Source: Thermodesulfobacteriota bacterium (GTDB lineage: Bacteria > Desulfobacterota_D > UBA1144 > Nemesobacterales > Nemesobacteraceae). Taken from it: a stretch of DNA of 64,000 nt. The stretch covers positions 20,796-84,795 of the forward strand of contig CBDAUE010000004.1 in the NCBI GenBank assembly GCA_965200595.1. Reading direction: 5' to 3'. Made by a program: the position numbers and the translations under genes. How positions within the stretch are numbered: the stretch's first letter is position 1; each line of letters opens with the position of its first letter. The notes under the pieces were generated by a model, which had not been told where the DNA came from, made no database searches, and saw nothing but the letters and a program-made list of their open reading frames with translations. Positions 57,530 through 64,000 of this stretch are shown here, in pieces.

Positions 57530-59638
57530 TCAGTCAGAAGTTCTGTAGTCTTCTATGTTCTGGTCAAGCGCAGCTTTTCTGCTGAGCCTCACCCGGCCGT
57601 CACGTTCAACCGCAAGACACTTTACCAAAACCTCATCTTTTTCGTTAAGAATATCAGTCACATTCGCAACTCTGCGGTTTTCAAGCTCGGAGATATGCAG
57701 AAGCCCATCTTTTCCGGGACCCAGTTCAACTATGGCTCCGAAATCAAGAATGCGTTTGACAACACCGACGTAGAACTTGCCGGCAACTATATCCTCAACG
57801 ATTTTCTTTATGATGTTCTCGGCCTTTTTGCAGGCTTCGTAGTCCGGGGAGAAAATCTTTACTGTACCATCATCCTGTATGTCTATCTGCGCCCCGGTGT
57901 CCTCGACTATTTTCTTTATGGTTTTGCCCCCAGAACCTATCACGACCTTGACCTTGTCGGGCTTGAGCTGCATAGTGAGAATTCTCGGCGCATAGTCGGA
58001 TAGCTCCTCTCTAGGCCCGCTTATTATATCTTCCATCTTCCCGAGAATATGCATCCTGCCGTCTCTTGCCTGGGCGAGTGCAGTCGTGAGAATATCCTCA
58101 GTTATGCCGGTTATCTTAATATCCATCTGCAAGGCGGTAATACCGCTTTTAGTGCCGGCCACCTTAAAATCCATATCCCCAAGATGATCCTCATCGCCGA
58201 GAATGTCGGAGAGAATAACAAAATTATCCCCTTCCTTTATAAGCCCCATAGCTATTCCGGCCACGGGGGCACTTATGGGCACACCTGCGTCCATAAGAGA
58301 CATTGAGGAACCGCAAACGGTCGCCATTGAAGAAGAGCCATTCGACTCAAGGATCTCGGAGACAACCCTTATGGTGTAGGGAAAGTCCTCCTTGCTAGGT
58401 AAAACGGGTTTTACGGCTCTTGCGGCAAGCGCGCCGTGTCCTATCTCTCTTCTGCCCGGACCCAGTCTGTTGCTGGTCTCCCCAACAGAATAAGGGGGGA
58501 AATTATAATGCAGCATGAAACTTCTGGTCTGATCGCCTTCAAGCGCGTCGATTCTCTGTTCGTCGTATGAAGTTCCAAGAGTCGCAACAACTATAGCCTG
58601 GGTTTCTCCGCGGGTAAAAAGAGCCGAACCGTGAGTTCTCTCAAGAAGTCCCGCTTCACCCCATATGGACCTCACAGTCGTGTAGTCCCTTCCGTCGGGT
58701 CTGGTGCCCTCAACTATCTTGCTTCTAACCGAGTCTTTGATCAACTCGTTAAATGTTTTGTCAATTCTGGATTTGTCTTCCGGGCGGTCCTCAACAAGCT
58801 TTTTTACCGTTTCTTCGTAGGTGCGTTTTATCAGCTCCTTTCTGGCGTCTTTTGAATCGGCAACTATTCCCCGCTCCAAGTATGGCATAACAGAAGAACT
58901 TACCTCACTCTCTAGCGCATCGTCCGTTGCAACTGCGGCAATCTGTCTTTTTTCCCTGCCGATTCCTTCAACAAAACTATTCTCAAAAGAAACGATTTCC
59001 TTGATTCCGGCATGGGCGAACATAAGGGCTTCGACCACCTCGGCCTCGCTAACTTCCTTCGCACCGCCTTCGACCATCACGATTGCATCTTCGGTGCCGG
59101 CGACTGTTATCTCCATAGTGCTGGATTCAAGCTGCTCTGGAGAGGGATTTACAACAAGGTTGCCGTCGATCTTTCCGACCGTTAGAGCCGCTATCGGCCC
59201 CGCAAACGGAATATCCGACACCATAATTGCCGCCGAAGACGCTATCACCGACAAAACGTCCGTGGCATTTTCGCCGTCAGCGGAAATAACCGTAATTATA
59301 ACCTGGGTGGGGTAAGAAAACCCCTTGGGTATCAGCGGCCTTACAGGCCTGTCAATAAGCCTTGACGTAAGAATTTCTTTTTCGCTGGGACGCCCTTCCC
59401 TCTTAAAATAACCCCCGGGGATTTTCCCAGCCGCGTAAGATTTCTCCTGATAGTTAATGGTAAGGGGCAGGAAATCATCTTCTATTTTTTCTTCCGATGC
59501 CACTACCGTAGCAAGCACGGTAGTTCCTCCACAGGAAGCGAGCACAGCCCCGCTTGCCTGCCTGGCAAGCCTTTCGGTTTCAAGACGCAGCTTTTTTCCA
59601 AACAGCTCCGCTTCCATTTGTCTTATTTGTTCAGTCAA
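57530..59638 (-). CDS. pnp: Polynucleotide phosphorylase.
   Basis: Two RNase PH domains, a KH domain, and an S1 domain (GKFYVGVVKRILDFGAIVEL). Confidence 0.95.
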   Translation of the reverse strand: MTEQIRQMEAELFGKKLRLETERLARQASGAVLASCGGTTVLATVVASEEKIEDDFLPLTINYQEKSYAAGKIPGGYFKREGRPSEKEILTSRLIDRPVRPLIPKGFSYPTQVIITVISADGENATDVLSVIASSAAIMVSDIPFAGPIAALTVGKIDGNLVVNPSPEQLESSTMEITVAGTEDAIVMVEGGAKEVSEAEVVEALMFAHAGIKEIVSFENSFVEGIGREKRQIAAVATDDALESEVSSSVMPYLERGIVADSKDARKELIKRTYEETVKKLVEDRPEDKSRIDKTFNELIKDSVRSKIVEGTRPDGRDYTTVRSIWGEAGLLERTHGSALFTRGETQAIVVATLGTSYDEQRIDALEGDQTRSFMLHYNFPPYSVGETSNRLGPGRREIGHGALAARAVKPVLPSKEDFPYTIRVVSEILESNGSSSMATVCGSSMSLMDAGVPISAPVAGIAMGLIKEGDNFVILSDILGDEDHLGDMDFKVAGTKSGITALQMDIKITGITEDILTTALAQARDGRMHILGKMEDIISGPREELSDYAPRILTMQLKPDKVKVVIGSGGKTIKKIVEDTGAQIDIQDDGTVKIFSPDYEACKKAENIIKKIVEDIVAGKFYVGVVKRILDFGAIVELGPGKDGLLHISELENRRVANVTDILNEKDEVLVKCLAVERDGRVRLSRKAALDQNIEDYRTSD

Positions 59639-59664
59639 TTCATTTCCTCCAGAATATTACTTCC

Positions 59665-59934
59665 TCATTTCCTTAGCCCAAGGGTCTTAATCAATTCTCC
59701 GTACTCCTGCGGTCTTACCCTTTTTACATAATTGAGCAGCTTCCTTCTTTTTGCAACCATTGAAACCAGTCCTTTTCTTGAATGGTTATCCTTAGGCGCT
59801 CTTTTCACATGCTCGGACAGTTCCTGTATCTTCCCGTTCAGAATTCCTATCTGAACTTCGGCCGAACCAACGTCATTTTCATGTTTTTGAAACTGGCTTA
59901 TGATTCGTGCTTTTTCTTCTTTCTGCAGAGACAT
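59665..59934 (-). CDS. rpsO: 30S ribosomal protein S15.
   Basis: 89 aa with ...HVKRAPKDNHSRKGLVSMVAKRRKLLNYVK. Confidence 0.95.
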   Translation of the reverse strand: MSLQKEEKARIISQFQKHENDVGSAEVQIGILNGKIQELSEHVKRAPKDNHSRKGLVSMVAKRRKLLNYVKRVRPQEYGELIKTLGLRK

Positions 59935-59964
59935 AGATTACTTTCCTCCTAGACCCTTGCCTGA

Positions 59965-60879
59965 TCAGTTAAACACTCTTAAATGCCGAAACACTATATC
60001 CTTATCTCCCATATACTCAAATTCATCCGAGTCAGCCATTGCCTCGCAGATGGAAAGAATCTTTTTCCGGCAAAATAAGGTGATTGTATCCCTATTTTTG
60101 AATTCAGGCAATTCCATGCCTGAAAGAACCTCCCGGCAGACAGGCATTCCGTTGCGCACACTCTCGCACAGAACCTCTTCCAGATGAACACATGGATAGT
60201 CACAGAGAACGTCTTCTATGGGAAGAACATTGCAGTTTCCGGATTCCACATCCTCAATACTGCTGGCTTCGCTAAGAGTGAAAGGACCACTTCTTAGTCT
60301 TCTCAGCTCGCAGAGATGGGCTCCGCAACCAAGTTTCTGCCCGATATCGGACGCAATCACCCTTACGTACGTTCCTCGGTAACACTTCACGTAAAAAGTC
60401 GCTTTGGGATAGGAAAAATCAATAAGTCTTATTTCCTGTATGGTGACTCTTTTCGGTTTTCTATCAACTTCCTTGCCGGCTCTTGCGAGGGCATAGAGCT
60501 TAGTACCCGAAACCTTGGCGGCGGAATACATCGGGGGAACCTGCATTATATCCCCCGCAAATCCTTCAACAACCTCTTTAACCTCATCCCTGTCCAGATG
60601 CTGCGCATCCACCCGGCCGATTACCGCACCGGTCTCGTCCATTGTATCGGTTGATACTCCAAGAGTCATCTCGGCCTCGTATTCCTTTATATCATCGCCC
60701 AGGTAGGGAATGACTTTTGTCGCCTGATTAAAACACACGGGCAATACACCTGTTGCAAACGGATCCAGGGTGCCTGTATGACCGGCCCTTTTTGCTCCCA
60801 AAACTCTTTTCACCCTGTTAAGCACCTGAGCGGATGTATACCCCTTGGGCTTGTCGAGAATCATAACTCCATCCATCAC
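59965..60879 (-). CDS. truB: tRNA pseudouridine(55) synthase.
   Basis: GHTGTLDPFATGVLPV catalytic Asp motif. C-terminal PUA-like region. Confidence 0.9.
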   Translation of the reverse strand: MMDGVMILDKPKGYTSAQVLNRVKRVLGAKRAGHTGTLDPFATGVLPVCFNQATKVIPYLGDDIKEYEAEMTLGVSTDTMDETGAVIGRVDAQHLDRDEVKEVVEGFAGDIMQVPPMYSAAKVSGTKLYALARAGKEVDRKPKRVTIQEIRLIDFSYPKATFYVKCYRGTYVRVIASDIGQKLGCGAHLCELRRLRSGPFTLSEASSIEDVESGNCNVLPIEDVLCDYPCVHLEEVLCESVRNGMPVCREVLSGMELPEFKNRDTITLFCRKKILSICEAMADSDEFEYMGDKDIVFRHLRVFN

Positions 60880-61838
60880 ATAGCTTCCTGAATGGAACTG
60901 CGAAGTCTGCGCTTAACAGTGGAGAGCGGTGCGTCAATCACACATCCGGCCGCCTTGCGGTGACCCCCGCCGCCGTACCGTGCGGCAATCTGCGCCACGT
61001 CCACATATTCTTTGGATCTGAGGCTCACCTTCCAGCCCAGAGCCGATTCCTGCCTGAGAAAAACCGCAACCTCCACCCCTTCAATTGATCTCGCCATGCT
61101 CACAATACCTTCTGTGTGCTCCTTTTCCGTGCCGGTCTGCCGGAACATTTCACTTGACACGTGAAGAAAAGCGACTTTTCCGTCTACCTCAAGGGTGTTC
61201 ATTGCCAGAGTCCTGAGCATAATCTTGCTTAGGGGCTCGTTATCATAAATGAATCTTGAGATCTTCTCGGGGCTGGCTCCGGAGTCGACCAGATCAGCAG
61301 CGATGATAAACGTCTCAGAACAGGTGTTTGAATACCTAAACGATCCCGTATCCCCGACTATGGTGGAAAAAAGACACTCCGCGACATCCGCGGTTATGGA
61401 AATCCCGAGCCGCTTTATCATCCTGTAGAGAATAACTCCGGTGGAAGATGCGTCCTCATCCACAAAGCAGTACTCAGAACCCGTGCTGTTAGTCGCGTGG
61501 TGGTCTACAAACGCAAACACGGGACCGTCTTTTTGGGCAAAGGCTTTAAATTCTTTGCCGGGCCGGGAAACATCGGCACAGTCAAGCAGCATGACCACAT
61601 CCACTTTATCCGCAACGCCATCGAGGGAATCGACAACACCGGAACATCCGGGAAGAAATTCCAAGTGCTCAGGAACCCCGTCTGCGTTGTACATGATCAC
61701 AGACTTTCCAAGCTGGCTAAGAACCAGCGCCATGGCTATGGTGGAACCCAGAGCGTCACAGTCCGGATTCTCGTGGGAAACGATAAGGAAGCTTCGGTTC
61801 GCCTTTATGAGGTTAAGGATATTATCAAGCTTATCCAT
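60876..61838 (-). CDS. nrnA: DHH/DHHA1-family phosphoesterase (NrnA-like oligoribonuclease / pAp phosphatase).
   Basis: SHENPDCDALGS, DHH (VDHHATN) and GGGH (GGGGHRKAAG) motifs. Confidence 0.8.
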   Translation of the reverse strand: MDKLDNILNLIKANRSFLIVSHENPDCDALGSTIAMALVLSQLGKSVIMYNADGVPEHLEFLPGCSGVVDSLDGVADKVDVVMLLDCADVSRPGKEFKAFAQKDGPVFAFVDHHATNSTGSEYCFVDEDASSTGVILYRMIKRLGISITADVAECLFSTIVGDTGSFRYSNTCSETFIIAADLVDSGASPEKISRFIYDNEPLSKIMLRTLAMNTLEVDGKVAFLHVSSEMFRQTGTEKEHTEGIVSMARSIEGVEVAVFLRQESALGWKVSLRSKEYVDVAQIAARYGGGGHRKAAGCVIDAPLSTVKRRLRSSIQEAM

Positions 61839-62187
61839 CCGACAGATCCTTTATCAGTTCGTCAATTCTGGCGCGCTTTTCCACCAAAGCGTCGTACTCA
61901 AACTCCATGTCGGGAATTTTCTTTATTCTCAGTCTTCTCGAGAGAGTGCTTTTTATGTAGCCGGCAGCATTCCTTAATCCCTCAAGCATCTCCTCGGTAT
62001 CTGAGTGTTCGTCAAAGGAGGTGAAATAAATTTTGGCGTAACTCATATCGTCCGTAACCCTCACGGCAGTTATGCTTGCCGAAGACACTCTGGGGTCTTT
62101 GATTTTGCCGCGCACCAGCATCTCAGATATCTCTTCTATAAGAAGATCGGATATCCTCGCGGATCTTTTGTAGCTGTGAGAAGACAT
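61831..62187 (-). CDS. rbfA: Ribosome-binding factor A.
   Basis: KH-like RbfA core ...DPRVSSASITAVRVTDDMSYAKIYFT. Confidence 0.9.
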   Translation of the reverse strand: MSSHSYKRSARISDLLIEEISEMLVRGKIKDPRVSSASITAVRVTDDMSYAKIYFTSFDEHSDTEEMLEGLRNAAGYIKSTLSRRLRIKKIPDMEFEYDALVEKRARIDELIKDLSDG

Positions 62188-62251
62188 TTTCGGTCACTCA
62201 GAAATGGATAATCTCCACCTCTTTTTCTCCCATACGGAAATTTCCCGTGCT

Positions 62252-62488
62252 CTATATATATAAAGTCATTTTTTCCAGAACAGAATTTACCAGGGAAACA
62301 TCGTTGGAAACATAGCCAAGTCCTATGGTGGCTTTGTTCTTGAGGTCCAGGGAATCAACCTCGGTCAGTGACAGACTCGGGAATTTTGACCTCCCCCTCT
62401 CCACAAGGCTTCTTATCAGGCGTCTTTTATCCTTTAAAGACCTGTTGCCCGACATGTAGAGTTCAAATCTGGCTATGCCCACTACCAT
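62252..62488 (-). CDS. DUF503 (YlxP-like) protein between infB and rbfA.
   Basis: A 78-aa protein in the conserved infB-ylxP-rbfA context. Confidence 0.65.
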   Translation of the reverse strand: MVVGIARFELYMSGNRSLKDKRRLIRSLVERGRSKFPSLSLTEVDSLDLKNKATIGLGYVSNDVSLVNSVLEKMTLYI

Positions 62489-62502
62489 TTAAAATCCAGA
62501 CA

Positions 62503-64000
62503 TCAAAGCTCCTGCTTTATCTCTTCAAGCTTGTAGAGCTCAAACACATCCCCCTGCTTCACGTCGTTAAAATTCTCTATCGTTATACCGCATTCATAGC
62601 CCGACTGGACTTCCTTCACGTCGTCTTTAAAACGCCTAAGAGAACTTACCTTGCCGTCAAAGACAACTGTGCCGTCCCGAACCACCCTGATGCTGTTGTC
62701 CCTGCTTACCTTGCCGTCAGAAACCATACATCCGGCTATAGTCCCTACTCTTGACACGTGGAAAAGTTCCCTCACGTCCATATGGGCCACCACGACCTCT
62801 TTGCGAATGGGCTCTAAAAGTCCCTCCATCGCGCTTTTCACCCTGTTTACCACATCGTAAATTATCGAATGAAGTTCAAGGGAAACCCCTTCTTTTTCAG
62901 AAATCCTAAGCGCGTTAGCATCCGGCCTGACGTTAAACCCTACCACCACGGCGTTTGACGCGCTGGCCAGGACCACATCCGTTTCGTTTATTCCTCCGGC
63001 TCCTGAGTGAACGATCTTCACCCTGCACTTCTCGGTAGAGAGCTTCTCCAAAGACTCCCTGAGAGCTTCAACCGATCCCTGGGTATCTGCCTTTATAATA
63101 AGTGAAAGCTCCTTGGCTTCCTCGTTTTCAATAGAGCTGAACAGGTCTTCGAGCGAAAGCTTCGGAGCGGCAACAACCTTTCGGGACCTGACCTTGTCCA
63201 GACGGTGAGAAGTTATCTCTCTTGCCGTCTTATCATCCTTCACCACATGGAATTTTTCCCCGGCTTCGGCAACCCCCGAAAGACCCATGATTTTAACGGG
63301 CGTTGAAGGACCGACACTTTTTACCGTCTTACCCCTGTCATCGGTAAGAGCCCTTATTTTCCCGCTGTGAACCCCCGACACGACGCAATCTCCGACCCTG
63401 AGAGTCCCTTCCTTGACAATGACAGTGCAGACCGCTCCTCTGCCCTTGTCAAGTTCGGCTTCCACAACCACGCCGTTTGCTCTTTTATCGGGCGAAGCAC
63501 TGAGCTCAAGTATATCGGCCTGCAGCAGGACAATTTCGAGGAGTTCGCTTATACCTTTTTTCTTTTTCGCCGAAACCTCGGCAAAAAGAGTGTCTCCTCC
63601 CCACTGCTCCGATATGAGTCCTATCTCGGAGAGCTCTCTTCTGATTTTTTCAATATCGGCGCCTTCTTTGTCCACTTTGTTTATGGCAACTATTATGGGA
63701 ACCTGGGCTGCTCTTGCATGGTTAACCGCTTCAACAGTCTGGGGCATCACTCCGTCATCTGCCGCCACGACCAGAATGACTATATCCGTTATACTCGCCC
63801 CCCGAGCTCTCATTGAAGTAAACGCCTCGTGTCCCGGCGTATCCACAAAAGCTATTGTTGAATCCTTTATCTTTACCGAATAGGCACCTATGTGCTGCGT
63901 TATTCCGCCGGCTTCACCCGCAACAACATCCGTCTCCCTTATGGAATCAAGCAGAGTGGTCTTGCCGTGATCAACATGCCCCATGACCGTAACGACAGGC
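62503..64000 (-). CDS. infB: Translation initiation factor IF-2, C-terminal approximately 500 aa. The N-terminus lies beyond the window end.
   Basis: GTPase G1 MGHVDHGKTTLLD, DTPGHEAF, NKVD; IF-2 beta-barrel and C2 domains. Confidence 0.95.
   Translation of the reverse strand, partial: PVVTVMGHVDHGKTTLLDSIRETDVVAGEAGGITQHIGAYSVKIKDSTIAFVDTPGHEAFTSMRARGASITDIVILVVAADDGVMPQTVEAVNHARAAQVPIIVAINKVDKEGADIEKIRRELSEIGLISEQWGGDTLFAEVSAKKKKGISELLEIVLLQADILELSASPDKRANGVVVEAELDKGRGAVCTVIVKEGTLRVGDCVVSGVHSGKIRALTDDRGKTVKSVGPSTPVKIMGLSGVAEAGEKFHVVKDDKTAREITSHRLDKVRSRKVVAAPKLSLEDLFSSIENEEAKELSLIIKADTQGSVEALRESLEKLSTEKCRVKIVHSGAGGINETDVVLASASNAVVVGFNVRPDANALRISEKEGVSLELHSIIYDVVNRVKSAMEGLLEPIRKEVVVAHMDVRELFHVSRVGTIAGCMVSDGKVSRDNSIRVVRDGTVVFDGKVSSLRRFKDDVKEVQSGYECGITIENFNDVKQGDVFELYKLEEIKQEL

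Noticed and set aside
1-64000. Search for a CRISPR repeat-spacer array, expected because a cas9 fragment is present.
   Set aside because: No tandem, regularly spaced direct repeats were found by eye in any intergenic region. The GTTTCAA..GAAAC motif copies are dispersed singletons, not arrays. I cannot exclude a short degenerate array without a dedicated tool.

Overview
The window is a 64 kb bacterial chromosomal segment of about 50% GC. It combines conserved housekeeping operons with an unusually dense set of insertion sequences and several genes they have inactivated.

**Housekeeping content.** The core genes are:
- the mreBCD-mrdA-rodA cell-shape cluster;
- a caa3-type cytochrome c oxidase cluster (ctaC, ctaD, ctaE, subunit IV, ctaA, ctaB, SCO1);
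- carA, pepF, trxB, manC, era, hisIE and a PhoD-like phosphatase;
- the miaA / pnp-rpsO-truB-nrnA-rbfA-DUF503-infB block;
- three tRNAs (Val-TAC, Asp-GTC, Ser-GCT).

**Mobile elements.** There are four copies of a 1.32 kb IS3-family element, which carries one fused 374-aa transposase ORF. One of these copies is frameshifted. There are two inverted copies of a 1.54 kb IS1182/IS5-like element. One IS1595-family element is split into two halves that lie 14 kb apart.

**Genes inactivated by the IS elements:**
- a type II cas9, of which only about the first 125 codons plus a short degenerate tail remain and for which no cas1, cas2 or array is visible;
- endonuclease V (nfi);
- a small secreted-protein gene.

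**Other features.** Divergent from the cas9 start is a terminator-ended non-coding stretch that is a plausible orphan tracrRNA. A roughly 1,870-aa DUF4011 / SF1-helicase / Vsr-like nuclease gene, which I take to be Hhe-like, is frameshifted; I am not certain of the Hhe attribution. A TetR regulator sits next to it. A roughly 160-bp intergenic element occurs twice, and a short GTTTCAA...GAAAC motif recurs. A perfect 20-bp inverted repeat flanks about 114 bp of non-coding DNA. Two tandem Zn-ribbon paralogues are divergent from a DEDDh exonuclease.

**Method and limits.** All calls come from reading the sequence and the ORF track. No database search was run.
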